A stretch of DNA of 32,000 nt from Candidatus Hadarchaeota archaeon. GTDB lineage: Archaea > Hadarchaeota > Hadarchaeia > Hadarchaeales > Hadarchaeaceae. Below, in pieces: positions 1-9,599 of this stretch. The stretch is from contig CAZETV010000002.1 of NCBI GenBank assembly GCA_964514965.1, positions 30,001-62,000 of the forward strand. The letters run 5' to 3'. Made by a program: the position numbers and the translations under genes. Each line of letters starts with the position of its first letter. The first letter of the stretch is position 1. The notes beneath the pieces were generated by a model, which had not been told where the DNA came from, made no database searches, and saw only the letters and a list, made by a program, of their open reading frames with translations.

Positions 1-984
1 CTTCTTGATTTCGGACTGCCAGAACTCGGTGTTGTAGCGCGGGTCCTTAAGCAGCTGCTTTAGACGCGCGATATCGAGCTCGCGTAGTTTGTCGGTCGGG
101 AGCTTGTAGTTAACGATATCGCTCGCTGTGACTCCCAAGTACTTCGCGTCTGGAACCGCCAGCTCGTGGTTGATGTAGGCAAGCTTCGCGCTGCCAGAGA
201 TAATCACCATTGCGATATGAAAGCCGAAAGGATCTCCATCACAGTTCAGGTATACCGGTAGCCCCAGCTCCTCGTTTGCCTTCTTAAGGAACCGTCTAGT
301 CGCGCGAGCTGCCTGACCCTTGAGCCCGACTATCAGCGCGTCGAACTTCTTCCACGCTTGTTCCTGCACGAGACGGTGGTACATACCCATGGTCTCAACC
401 GCGATCACTTGCTTCGCTTTGCACTTGATGAATTCAACATCGTCTATGGTCGGCGGGATGGTGTACCCTGCACGTCCTGCCTTGGTCGCGTCTATTACAA
501 CTCCATCTTCGTCGACCACCAGCTTACCATAGACTGCTGCTCCATCTTCTTCGGGAGTCAAGCCCAAATCTTCGCGCTTGAGACTGAAGGCCGCCTCTAA
601 ATCCTCTATGATTGCGTCAGATTCTCCTTGATCATAGAATGGACCAACCTCCCAACCCTCGGCTGTATAATACATCTCCCTGAGGGTCGCGAATTTCCCT
701 TGTTCGATGAGTTCCTTCGCGAAGTCAGCCGTGCATAAAAGTTGAGCGAATTTCTTCACCTGTTTCATACTCCCTGCTGAGCGCACTCCCCAGCGCGGTC
801 CGAGCACGAAGTACCGGTGGGAATTGTCATAGATGATGTTAGAGGTGCTTCGCGAGGGGATTTTTAACTTGGGAGGGTGGGCATTCGTAATATCATTCAC
901 TACATCTTGACCCATATCGGTGAGCTTTTTTGACGCCTTCTGCCTGTGCCCCTGCCCCCGCGCTGTTTTAACTTTCTTCGGCAT
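1..984 (-). CDS. top6A: DNA topoisomerase VI subunit A (Spo11-like), 3' end runs off the window
   Basis: Open minus-strand frame from ATG at 984 to the window edge (absent from the ORF track because it is partial). Translation includes [58 protein letters not shown] and [19 protein letters not shown], typical of Top6A. Overlaps the end of top6B by 17 nt. Confidence 0.95.
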   Translation of the reverse strand, partial: MPKKVKTARGQGHRQKASKKLTDMGQDVVNDITNAHPPKLKIPSRSTSNIIYDNSHRYFVLGPRWGVRSAGSMKQVKKFAQLLCTADFAKELIEQGKFATLREMYYTAEGWEVGPFYDQGESDAIIEDLEAAFSLKREDLGLTPEEDGAAVYGKLVVDEDGVVIDATKAGRAGYTIPPTIDDVEFIKCKAKQVIAVETMGMYHRLVQEQAWKKFDALIVGLKGQAARATRRFLKKANEELGLPVYLNCDGDPFGFHIAMVIISGSAKLAYINHELAVPDAKYLGVTASDIVNYKLPTDKLRELDIARLKQLLKDPRYNTEFWQSEIKK

Positions 985-2527
985 TATCGACACCACTTAC
1001 CTTTTTCAATAAAGGTTTAATATCCGGTTCCTTCACCCTTGCTAAACTCGCGGCCTTTTGAGCAATTATCGGCAAGTACCGCTCGAACACCCCCGCTCGC
1101 TCCTGTCGCTCCTTAATCTTTATCTTTCGATAGAGGAACTTTCTGAGTTCGCGCGCAACCTCCATAATCGCTGTTCTTATTTCATCCAAGACTTCCGGCT
1201 CATCGGCTATCGACTGCTTGCCCGCCGATGTGTAGGGAACGTAGGCCGAGGCGACGTTCACGAAAAGGGTTAATTGGGCCGTCGCTGGGTCGACCCCATA
1301 GCGGCGCCAATCGATGTTCCGCATAGCCGTAGTTATCGCACACCCGCCTTGATCGAAGATGAGGGGCGCGCGATTAGCAAATCGTATCAATTCCATCCCG
1401 GCTTCGCCTTCATCATTCCCTGTTGTTTTGCCAGCACTTCCACCATATGCGATACCAGCTTCGACTATGAATGGTAAACCACCGCGGTATACCTTCGGGG
1501 GACGATTGATCGCGTGGACGAACTCAGGGTTCAGAATCTGCTTCATGCCACTCTCGATGTCGGCTGCCCCTATCGGTCGTAGTCCAGATGTGGGTGGTGC
1601 ATACAGCTTGACCTGTTTGAAAGCGGAAACTATGCGCTCAGCCTCTTCCCATATCAGTTCGGAAGGTTTCTTGTTAAGGGGGAGGTTAACAAGCTTGCAT
1701 ACCTCTTCAGCTTTTCGCTTACTCACTCGGGATAGCTCTGCCGCGAGGAAACTGACAACGTTCCGGCTTTTGGTATGTTTCGCCAGGATCAACAAATCAT
1801 CAGACATTATGCCCCACGGGTGGAGCGGCATGGGTTTTGGGCGCTCAGGAACTTTTTCGGTGGCGGGTTCTAAAATGGTGAGTGTTCCATCAGGCTCAAT
1901 GAAGGTTATATGGACATGGGGGTTTGCTATGGCGGTCATTCGTAAGTAGTTGTATGGGCCATAGCGAGAGCGCATGTAAGCGACATCCTTTACTTCGACT
2001 TCGACTCGCGTACCGCACCACTTCCCCTTGTGCTTCTCGACGTTCGTAGTCTTACCCTCATTCCGGTCAACATCGATCATCACATCTGCGCGGATAATTT
2101 CACCATTCCCCGTCGAGGTAATCACCGTTGATGGCTTGCCGCTTGTAATCTGACCGAACATCACGCTGCCCGAAACACCAATCCCTTGTTGTCCCCGCGA
2201 CTGCATGTATCGATGCAATTTGGTCCCTGCGAGCATCTTGCCGAACACATTGGAAATGAACTCCTCGGGGATGCCGGAAGCGTTATCCTCGACTATCACT
2301 CGAAAATGTTCGGGTTCATCGTTGACACGCTTGATAATAACAACTATCTTCGGGAGCACACCGGTCTCCTCAGCCGCATCGATTGCGTTGGTGACGCCCT
2401 CGTGGATAATCGTGGTGAGGGAGCGAATCTTACCTGTATAACCCAGCATCGCAGCATTTTTTCGGAAAAACTCGCTAACACTGTGCTCCCTAAAATCTTT
2501 GAAGATTTCTTCTGCCTTATTTTTCAT
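968..2527 (-). CDS. top6B: DNA topoisomerase VI subunit B
   Basis: 519 aa; GHKL ATPase motifs (ELVxNSxDA-like [38 protein letters not shown]) and adjacency to top6A. Confidence 0.96.
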   Translation of the reverse strand: MKNKAEEIFKDFREHSVSEFFRKNAAMLGYTGKIRSLTTIIHEGVTNAIDAAEETGVLPKIVVIIKRVNDEPEHFRVIVEDNASGIPEEFISNVFGKMLAGTKLHRYMQSRGQQGIGVSGSVMFGQITSGKPSTVITSTGNGEIIRADVMIDVDRNEGKTTNVEKHKGKWCGTRVEVEVKDVAYMRSRYGPYNYLRMTAIANPHVHITFIEPDGTLTILEPATEKVPERPKPMPLHPWGIMSDDLLILAKHTKSRNVVSFLAAELSRVSKRKAEEVCKLVNLPLNKKPSELIWEEAERIVSAFKQVKLYAPPTSGLRPIGAADIESGMKQILNPEFVHAINRPPKVYRGGLPFIVEAGIAYGGSAGKTTGNDEGEAGMELIRFANRAPLIFDQGGCAITTAMRNIDWRRYGVDPATAQLTLFVNVASAYVPYTSAGKQSIADEPEVLDEIRTAIMEVARELRKFLYRKIKIKERQERAGVFERYLPIIAQKAASLARVKEPDIKPLLKKVSGVDNAEES

Positions 2528-2669
2528 TTAGAACACCTTAAAACCCTTATTTTAATATCTTATAAGCTTTACTAGCTTATTTATCTTAAAAGTCCTCCTT
2601 TTATCATTATTTTACGATTTTACCTAATTTTTGTAGATTTTATCCTCCGAGGTCTAAAAGGTTTGCGTT

Positions 2670-3221
2670 TTAAGATATTCGCCTCTGCTCGATGAATTTT
2701 CTTTTCATTTCCCTGCGCTTTCGCTCGAGGAACCGGTAGACCGATGAATGTTTGGCTCCATCAAGCAATGTCTGGATTGCCTCTCGCGCGACGGCCAATT
2801 GCTCCGCAGTCCCGATGAGCGCGATGGTCTTGCCATAAATCGACACATGGGCACCCGTTGTCTCCTCTATAATTTGTCTTGTTTTTCCCCGCTCCCCTAT
2901 GGCCCGTCCTTTGAGCCGGACGAGCGTGCGCTCCGATGATCCGGCGAAGTTTCGGATGTCAATCACTTCTAGGAGCTGGTCATCTCGAAACAATCGAAAA
3001 GCCCGCTCAGAACTAAATCCGCGAGCGATGGCCTGGATAACTTCCCTCGCTTTAAGCGCCCCGAGGGGGTCATCACCGGGTTTGATTCGCACCTCCCCAG
3101 TCTCGCTGTCAAGAGTCAGTTGCGTACCAGTACGGCGTTCAATCTCTTGCTTCACCTCGCCCTTTGGGCCTATCGCGACACCTATGCGCTCCTTCGGCAG
3201 TCGGGCGTACATCACTTGCAC
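2670..3221 (-). CDS. KH-domain RNA-binding protein, archaeal Pno1/Krr1 (Dim2-like) family
   Basis: 183 aa, GTG start (possible ATG three codons in); KH motifs RIGVAIGPKGEVKQEIERRTG and RAIGERGKTRQIIEETTG; located next to rio1 and aIF1A as in many archaea. Confidence 0.88.
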   Translation of the reverse strand: MQVMYARLPKERIGVAIGPKGEVKQEIERRTGTQLTLDSETGEVRIKPGDDPLGALKAREVIQAIARGFSSERAFRLFRDDQLLEVIDIRNFAGSSERTLVRLKGRAIGERGKTRQIIEETTGAHVSIYGKTIALIGTAEQLAVAREAIQTLLDGAKHSSVYRFLERKRREMKRKFIEQRRIS

Positions 3222-3362
3222 CTAGCACGGACTCAAATTATCTTCAACAACGATTTTAATCATTTTTGTGCACTCTCGGATTTGCCATCCGGAGAGACGC
3301 CCCCCTCAGCCCCCAAGAGCTATTTCCTCTTCTCCCCAAAAATGTTGCGGTGGGTTTTAGTC

Positions 3363-4130
3363 TTACTCACCCTTGATATCGGAAAATAGTTTGATCGGTT
3401 CAGGTATTTTTAAGCCAAGCTTACGGAAATAACGCACGAGTTGGCTTAGGTCGCGCATCAATAGCTCATCGCTCATCGGATTCGCAATATCCGTCGCCAT
3501 GGAAAAATCAATGAGTAGAGGCTCCGGAGTTAGCATCACGTTGTACTCGCTGAAATCGGCGTGAACGAGTTCGGCCTTACGGTATAGATTCTTGATTGCC
3601 TCAAACAAACTCTCGAATACCAATTGTGGCGTCTTGGGTGGAACATCTTTCATGAGAGGGTAAGGCACCCCCGCCTCACCCACAAATTCCATCGCGAGCA
3701 CATTTTTCTCGTAACCAATCGGCTTCGGTACCGCGACGCCTGCTTCGTGAGCGCGCTGCAAATTTTTGAACTCGCGCGAAACCCACGCGTAGATGATGCG
3801 CCTTCGCTCACGCTGAACGCGGCGAAATCGCGGGTCTCCGGCTATGTAGCGGTACATATTTTTGAAGTTGGAGGTAGCAATTCGATAAATTTTTGTCGCG
3901 ATGTAGTTGCCCTGCTTATCGAGCGCGCAAAAAATATTTGCTTCCTTGCCAGTGGAAACAACGCCATAAAAGATGTCAAAAATTCCCTGATTTACCATGT
4001 GGTAGAGCGTCAGCAAGGTAGAACTATCGAAGACGCTCGCCATTATCTTGTACGTTTCGGAATCTTTTTCAAGGCGTTCGGGTCTGCGGCGCTCAAGCTT
4101 GCGAAGGAGAGCTTCAAAATCGGCCGGCAA
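3363..4130 (-). CDS. rio1: RIO1-family serine/threonine protein kinase
   Basis: 255 aa from TTG; GVVSTGKEANIFCA, ATKIYRIATSNFKNMYRYIAGDPRF, HADFSEYNVM, LIDFSMAT motifs. Confidence 0.95.
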   Translation of the reverse strand: MPADFEALLRKLERRRPERLEKDSETYKIMASVFDSSTLLTLYHMVNQGIFDIFYGVVSTGKEANIFCALDKQGNYIATKIYRIATSNFKNMYRYIAGDPRFRRVQRERRRIIYAWVSREFKNLQRAHEAGVAVPKPIGYEKNVLAMEFVGEAGVPYPLMKDVPPKTPQLVFESLFEAIKNLYRKAELVHADFSEYNVMLTPEPLLIDFSMATDIANPMSDELLMRDLSQLVRYFRKLGLKIPEPIKLFSDIKGE

Positions 4131-4140
4131 AGGTGGTCCC

Positions 4141-4446
4141 CTATTCCCAGAAGCCCTTTTTTCTCAACCATCCGACCTGCGTTCGGGTATAGCGATAAAT
4201 GACATCTCCCTTCTCCTCACTCTGCACAGACCAAGGACGGACGATCACCACATCGTTCTCACGAACCCAGAGCCGCTTGCGGATTTTACCCCGAATGCGG
4301 CAGACTCGCACATGCCCATCCTTACACCTGACGCGCAGACGGTCAAAGCCAAACATTTGTTCAACAACACCTAAAACTTCGCCCCTTGAAGGTATTCGAA
4401 GTCGCTCGATTTCCTCCCCCGATGTCAACTTCCTATGCTTTGGCAT
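4141..4446 (-). CDS. eif1A: Translation initiation factor aIF-1A
   Basis: 101 aa S1/OB-fold protein: GEVLGVVEQMFGFDRLRVRCKDGHVRVCRIRGKIRKRLWVRENDVVIVRPW. Confidence 0.95.
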   Translation of the reverse strand: MPKHRKLTSGEEIERLRIPSRGEVLGVVEQMFGFDRLRVRCKDGHVRVCRIRGKIRKRLWVRENDVVIVRPWSVQSEEKGDVIYRYTRTQVGWLRKKGFWE

Positions 4447-5951
4447 CAGGTGCCCCCGAGCTTACGATCCCAAAGCAATCGATTTACCCCGTTTAACATT
4501 GCCTGAACACTTGCCATAATGATGTCTCCGTCTGTGCCTCGGGCTGTTACTATACGCCGACCATCCGTTAGCTTGACTACGACATCTACGATTGCATCTG
4601 TCCCCCCAGAAATCGCGTCGACATGGTATTCCTGCAATCGGATGTTTGATGTGCCCTCGATGACCTTTCCAATCGCATCCATCGCGGCATCGACCGGGCC
4701 GACTCCTACTCCTGACTCGATAACTTCTTTGTCCACAAATTTTATCCGCACCGAAGCAGTCGGAGTTACCTTATTGCCGCTCACCACAGTCAATTCATCA
4801 AGCTTAACCACTTCTTCAAGCGTGCGCCTCATCACCGCGTCTACCACCACGCGCAGCTCGGTGTCTGTGACAAATTTTCCCCTGTCACCCAGTTGCTTAA
4901 TTTGCTCGGAAATTTCTTGGACCTGCTTTCTTGTCGGCTTTAGACTCATTCGTTTGAGTTCGCTTTCAATCGCATGGGTGCCGACATGCTTTCCAAATAC
5001 AATTTTTCGATGTTGCCCCACTACCTCAGGTGAGATAGGCTCGTAGGTTAGCGTGTAAGCGAGCACGCCGTGAGTGTGGATGCCCGCTTCGTGCGCGAAG
5101 GCGTTTTCTCCAACCACGGCTTTTGTCGGCGAAACTGGCAGTCCCGTGCAGCGTTCCGTGAGCTTAGAGATGCTGTAAAGTTTATTCAGCTTAATTCTAG
5201 TTTTGATTTCGTGGAAGTGTGCGAGTGCAAGCACAACCTCTTCAAGCGCAGCATTTCCTCCACGCTCTCCCAAGCCGTTAACCGTCACGTGAACCTCTTG
5301 GGCTCCAGCCTGAACCGCGGCAATCGTGTTCGCAGTCCCCATGCCGAAATCATCATGGCAGTGGGTAGCAACGGGCACTTTCACGATTTTTGTGAGTTTG
5401 GAGAAAAGTTCATTCGCCCTTTCAGGAGTAAGCACACCCACGGTATCACATACGCAAACCCGTTGTGCCCCCTCCTTGACTGCTGCCAACAGGAACTCTT
5501 GGAGAAAGGCCGGATCGGTACGGGTGGCGTCCTCAGCGGAGAACTCCACTACCAACCCGTGGTCGAGAGCATAACGCGCGACGTCAAGAGATGTTCGCTT
5601 TACCTCTTGCCTGCTTTTTTTCAACTTGTACTTTAGATGAATGTCGGATGTGGGAACGACGAGGTGCACGCTGTCGACATCACAGGTCAGTGCGGCATCC
5701 ACATCGCTTCGAAGGCTCCGGACAAAGCTACATATCTCAGCATTCAAGCCAGCATTCGAGATGAGCTTTATCGCTTTACGTTCTCCCGCGGAGGTTATCG
5801 CCGCCCCCGCTTCTATAATGTCAACGCCAAGGTCATCGAGAGCGCAGGCTAGTTCCAGCTTCTTCTCAGGAGCCAAAGCCACGCCGGGAGTCTGCTCCCC
5901 ATCGCGCAGCGTTGTATCAAGTACTTTTATCCTGCGTTTTGCCATATTCAT
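4446..5951 (-). CDS. cimA: (R)-citramalate synthase / 2-isopropylmalate synthase family
   Basis: 501 aa; LDTTLRDGEQTPGVAL, THCHDDFGMGTANT, C-terminal LeuA-type regulatory domain. The stretch DLGVDIIEAGAAITSAGERKAIKLISNAGLNAEICSFVR...CDVDSVHLVVPTSDIHLKYKLKK resembles archaeal CimA more than LeuA. Confidence 0.85.
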   Translation of the reverse strand: MNMAKRRIKVLDTTLRDGEQTPGVALAPEKKLELACALDDLGVDIIEAGAAITSAGERKAIKLISNAGLNAEICSFVRSLRSDVDAALTCDVDSVHLVVPTSDIHLKYKLKKSRQEVKRTSLDVARYALDHGLVVEFSAEDATRTDPAFLQEFLLAAVKEGAQRVCVCDTVGVLTPERANELFSKLTKIVKVPVATHCHDDFGMGTANTIAAVQAGAQEVHVTVNGLGERGGNAALEEVVLALAHFHEIKTRIKLNKLYSISKLTERCTGLPVSPTKAVVGENAFAHEAGIHTHGVLAYTLTYEPISPEVVGQHRKIVFGKHVGTHAIESELKRMSLKPTRKQVQEISEQIKQLGDRGKFVTDTELRVVVDAVMRRTLEEVVKLDELTVVSGNKVTPTASVRIKFVDKEVIESGVGVGPVDAAMDAIGKVIEGTSNIRLQEYHVDAISGGTDAIVDVVVKLTDGRRIVTARGTDGDIIMASVQAMLNGVNRLLWDRKLGGT

Positions 5952-5952
5952 A

Positions 5953-5998
5953 ACCTAGTGCTATATTGGGCAATGTTATTATTTAATGCCCTATACTA
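5953..5998. promoter_or_regulatory. Imperfect inverted repeat in the cimA/leuA divergent promoter region
   Basis: CTAGTgctATATTGGGCA ... TGCCCTATACTAG flanking an AT-rich centre, inside a 65-bp intergenic spacer. Confidence 0.35.
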
Positions 5999-6016
5999 GT
6001 TGTTGAGGGAACGAAA

Positions 6017-7567
6017 ATGCCGAAAAAGGCTTTCGTAAGCGATTTCATCAAGCAAGTGGGTAAAGGAGTAAAGCTTCCAAAGTGTGTTCGGATATTTGAC
6101 ACCACCCTTCGAGATGGCGACCAAACCCCTGGGGTATCATTCACCATCAACCAAAAGTTGCTCGTTGCGCGGCAGCTCGACAAATTGGGGGTAGACACTA
6201 TTGAAGCTGGTACACCGGTATCGTCCGACGGTGAAAGAAAGGCTGTGGCCGCGATAGCTAAGGCTGGCTTGAACGCGGAGGTCTGTGGGCTAGCAAGGCC
6301 GATTAAAGAAGATGTAGACGCAGCACTTGAGTGTGATGTAGATTGCGTTCATGTGTTCATAAGTACGTCGGACTTGCACCTTGAGCACATGCTAAAACTG
6401 ACGCGTGAACAGGTGCTCCGACAAGCGGTCACGCATGTTGAGTACGCCAAGGATCATGGTGTCCTCGTCGAGTTTTCTGCCATGGATGCCACGCGGACTG
6501 ATCTGGAGTATCTCAAACAAATCTATCAAGCGGTCGTAGAGGCTGGAGCGGATCGCATCAACGTTCCAGATACAGTAGGCGTGATCACCCCACGAGGCAT
6601 GAATTACCTAATCAGTCAGCTGAAACCGGTCATAAAAGTGCCGATAAGCGTGCACTGTCACGATGACCTCGGTCTGGCAACGGCCAACTCGCTCGCAGCG
6701 GTTGAGGCTGGGGCCGAACAGGTTCAAGTAGCGGTCAATGGGCTAGGAGAACGTGCGGGCAATGCATCACTAGAGGAGGTCGTCATGGCTCTTCGGGCAC
6801 TTTACGGTGCAAAACTGAAAATTCAAACCAAATTGCTCGCTGAGACTTCTGACTTGCTTGAACGTCTGACGGGAATATCGGTGCCACCAAACAAAGCGAT
6901 TGTTGGAGATAATGCGTTTTCCCATGTTTCAGGTATCCACGCCCACGGTGTGCTTGAGTTCCCTGGTACTTATGAGCCTATTTCTCCGGAGCTAGTCGGG
7001 CATCATCGCCGTCTGACATTGGGCAAGCTTACTGGAAGGCACTCGGTTGAAAAACAGCTCATAAGCATTGGAGTGAAAGCAACCAATGTACAGTTAACGG
7101 AGATTACGAAGCGAGTCAAGGAACTCGGAGACAAAGGCAAGCGCGTGACCGACATCGATCTCCGGGCGATAGCGGAGAGTGTGCTGGGTACATTGCCTCC
7201 AGAAGAGAAGGTGGTCGAGCTAAAAGAGGTGACCGTCACCACTGGGAGTACTATAACCTCAACCGCTTCGGTACGGATGGTCGTAAGAGGTGAAGAGCGA
7301 GTGGGTTCCGCGACGGGCGTTGGTCCAGTGGACGCCGCGATTGCCGCGATTCGTAACGTCATGAAAGAAATTTCGGCACTTAAGCTGAAAGAGTACCATC
7401 TCGATGCGATTACTGGGGGAAGCGACGCGCTGGCTGAAGTCACAGTGAAGCTCGAGGATGAAAAGGCTAACCTCTACATCGCGAAGGGCGTGCGAGAGGA
7501 TGTGGTCATAGCGAGTGTCGAGGCAATGATAAACGGGATAAACCGGTTTTTTGCTGGGCGGAAATAG
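6017..7567 (+). CDS. leuA: 2-isopropylmalate synthase
   Basis: 516 aa; FDTTLRDGDQTPGV, VHCHDDLGLATAN, NGLGERAGNASLEEVV, C-terminal regulatory domain; ECDVDCVHVFISTSDLH and VEAGADRINVPDTVGVITPRG are LeuA-like. Confidence 0.88.
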   Translation: MPKKAFVSDFIKQVGKGVKLPKCVRIFDTTLRDGDQTPGVSFTINQKLLVARQLDKLGVDTIEAGTPVSSDGERKAVAAIAKAGLNAEVCGLARPIKEDVDAALECDVDCVHVFISTSDLHLEHMLKLTREQVLRQAVTHVEYAKDHGVLVEFSAMDATRTDLEYLKQIYQAVVEAGADRINVPDTVGVITPRGMNYLISQLKPVIKVPISVHCHDDLGLATANSLAAVEAGAEQVQVAVNGLGERAGNASLEEVVMALRALYGAKLKIQTKLLAETSDLLERLTGISVPPNKAIVGDNAFSHVSGIHAHGVLEFPGTYEPISPELVGHHRRLTLGKLTGRHSVEKQLISIGVKATNVQLTEITKRVKELGDKGKRVTDIDLRAIAESVLGTLPPEEKVVELKEVTVTTGSTITSTASVRMVVRGEERVGSATGVGPVDAAIAAIRNVMKEISALKLKEYHLDAITGGSDALAEVTVKLEDEKANLYIAKGVREDVVIASVEAMINGINRFFAGRK

Positions 7568-7660
7568 GGAACATCATAGTATTGAAAAGAAGAGAGATAG
7601 AGGAAAAAATAAGATGCTGAACCTTCATAGGCTTGCCCTCTGGCTCCAGCGTCACCAATT

Positions 7661-7945
7661 TTACTCCTGCTTTCTTGTGTCACCAATCCTCAACGAGGTA
7701 TAGAAACCGTGCTCCCTCGAGACGCCGAAGTTCACCCACAGGCTTCGTGTTTCGTCGATAGGCACTCGAATCGAGTCTGGGTATGGTTTGCCTTTTGGCC
7801 AGTTGATGTACCCGTTGGGGAGGACAAGCGAAACAGTGCCCCCCTTCACAGGGATGTTGGCTGTGTACGGTTCCTTGCCTTCCCGCTTCGCAACGATTCT
7901 CAAGGTCGAAATCGTTCGAGTTTCATCTCGGATTTCCTCCATCAT
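7661..7945 (-). CDS. Hypothetical protein, 94 aa
   Basis: Complete ORF with coding-like composition between convergent/divergent neighbours; no motif recognised. Confidence 0.5.
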   Translation of the reverse strand: MMEEIRDETRTISTLRIVAKREGKEPYTANIPVKGGTVSLVLPNGYINWPKGKPYPDSIRVPIDETRSLWVNFGVSREHGFYTSLRIGDTRKQE

Positions 7946-8157
7946 CTTCTCACCTCCAGCTCTTGATTGGTGAGGAAACGTGCATACACCTCGTTTTTGC
8001 GTGAACCGTTTCCCGCCAAAGCTTTGGATGGGAGTTCTTTATAAATGGGAAAACATAATTTCGGGAGTAAGAAGTGTTAGATATATTTTAGAATCAATTG
8101 GCTGTTTTTCCGTGTCTACTACATGAGCCCAAATCTAAAAAACGAGCTGGGGGGTTC

Positions 8158-8415
8158 CTAAAGTTTTATCTTGCATCTTCCGCAAACTCTGCGGATGTCA
8201 ATGTAATCTTTCCATAGGCCCTGAGTCATGGCCCCCACATAATGAGCACAAGTGATGCATATTGAGTCACCACAGAATTCGCATCTACCCCATTTTTTCC
8301 CAATATCTTCTATCAACAATTTCTTTCCACAACCAGAACAGACAAGACTCAAAACTGAATGAACATCAGAAAAGGCGATATCAGGTGCACAATTTAAGAA
8401 TTCAGCCTTCATCAT
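8158..8415 (-). CDS. Small zinc-ribbon protein, 85 aa
   Basis: CSGCGKKLL...GRCEFCGDSICITCAHYVG...CGRCKIKL: paired CxxC motifs. Confidence 0.6.
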   Translation of the reverse strand: MMKAEFLNCAPDIAFSDVHSVLSLVCSGCGKKLLIEDIGKKWGRCEFCGDSICITCAHYVGAMTQGLWKDYIDIRRVCGRCKIKL

Positions 8416-8505
8416 CCCAGGTGTAAATAGTAAAAATGTTTATAAATAATTTACATAATTTATGTAGTAATAAGAACCAAAAAATATTGTAAGTAGGGGA
8501 CCATT

Positions 8506-9531
8506 ATGGAACTAAGGAAGTTGCAACTTGTAGGCCGAGCAAGTTTTTCAGTCACATTACCTCCAAATTGGGTCAGAGAAGATAAACTAAAGCCGGGTAA
8601 TCAAGTTACCCTTACTCAAGAAGATGACGGGTCATTAAGGCTCGTCCCAGGGATTGTACCTGAACGAAAAGAATTCAAGCTCACAATCGATTCCGACCAT
8701 TGTGAGCAGCGTGGGTTGCTCCAAAGGCTTATCGTCGGAGGCTACATCCGGGGCTGCGATTTAATCGAGGTGATATCTAAGAGTATGATCAGACAAGATC
8801 AAAAGGCCGAGATCCAAAAAACTGTCGACGGCCTTTTAGGCTTGGGGATAATGGAAGTGACCGCAAATCAAGTTGTAATCCACTCCCTGATAGACCACTC
8901 TAAATTCCCGATTAGGCCACTTTTAAAGAGGTTGTGTGGGCTAGCTTTCTCGATGCATAAAGATGCCATGCAGGCGCTAAGGGATAAAGATCTACCCTTG
9001 GCAACAGACGTAATACATCGGGAAAATGAGGTCGACAAGATATACTGGTTAGCAATAAGACAACTTGTGGCGGCAACTTATGACAAAAGCCTCCTTCAGA
9101 AGGTCGGCTTGGAGGGGGCGCCGGACCCATTTAGTCATCAAGCTGTAGCGGTTAGATTAGAGGAAATCGCGGATTGCGCCGAAGATATAGCACAGAGTCT
9201 GCTAGCTCTTGGGAAAAAGGAGGTAAATGACGTGGAACTACAAGTTATAATCAAGCTCAGCGAACTAGCCTACAAAGCATGCCAAAACGCATGTGAGGCA
9301 TTTTTCAAGGAAAAAATGGCGCTAGCCGATAGTGCGGCGAGGATTGTTGATAATTTTGAGGATAGAGTGGAGGAACTTGTCAAGGAAGTGCGCACGCGGG
9401 TTGATGATATTCATGTTGGAACTTGCCTGATGGCAATAATCAGGAACTTATGTACGATAGCCGAATGTGGAAAGAAAATTGCGGAAGTAGCAATCAACAA
9501 TTTTATTACCATAAGGGATGGGCCGTCATAG
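8506..9531 (+). CDS. PhoU domain-containing protein with N-terminal AbrB/SpoVT-type domain
   Basis: 341 aa; N-term MELRKLQLVGRASFSVTLPPNWVREDKLKPGNQVTLTQEDDGSLRLVP (AbrB-like swapped hairpin), then all-helical PhoU-like repeats. Confidence 0.85.
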   Translation: MELRKLQLVGRASFSVTLPPNWVREDKLKPGNQVTLTQEDDGSLRLVPGIVPERKEFKLTIDSDHCEQRGLLQRLIVGGYIRGCDLIEVISKSMIRQDQKAEIQKTVDGLLGLGIMEVTANQVVIHSLIDHSKFPIRPLLKRLCGLAFSMHKDAMQALRDKDLPLATDVIHRENEVDKIYWLAIRQLVAATYDKSLLQKVGLEGAPDPFSHQAVAVRLEEIADCAEDIAQSLLALGKKEVNDVELQVIIKLSELAYKACQNACEAFFKEKMALADSAARIVDNFEDRVEELVKEVRTRVDDIHVGTCLMAIIRNLCTIAECGKKIAEVAINNFITIRDGPS

Positions 9532-9599
9532 ACTAGCGAAAACGAGATTTAAAGAATTAATAAAATAGTACACGAAACAAAGAGGGGTGAGTTATTGGT

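Noticed and set aside
5070-5636. Long plus-strand ORF (188 aa) opposite cimA
   Set aside because: Antisense to a confidently coding gene; no recognisable motif. Same reasoning for the antisense ORFs at 1359-1949, 3624-4202, 4519-5046, 7003-7443, 10022-10327, 16177-16530 and 17521-18761.
7474-7686. ORF 7474..7686 (-) and a possible coding-like stretch (GVKLVTLEPEGKPMKVQH) downstream of the 94-aa ORF
   Set aside because: Considered as a frameshifted extension of 7661..7945, but it has no conserved motif and runs antisense into leuA.
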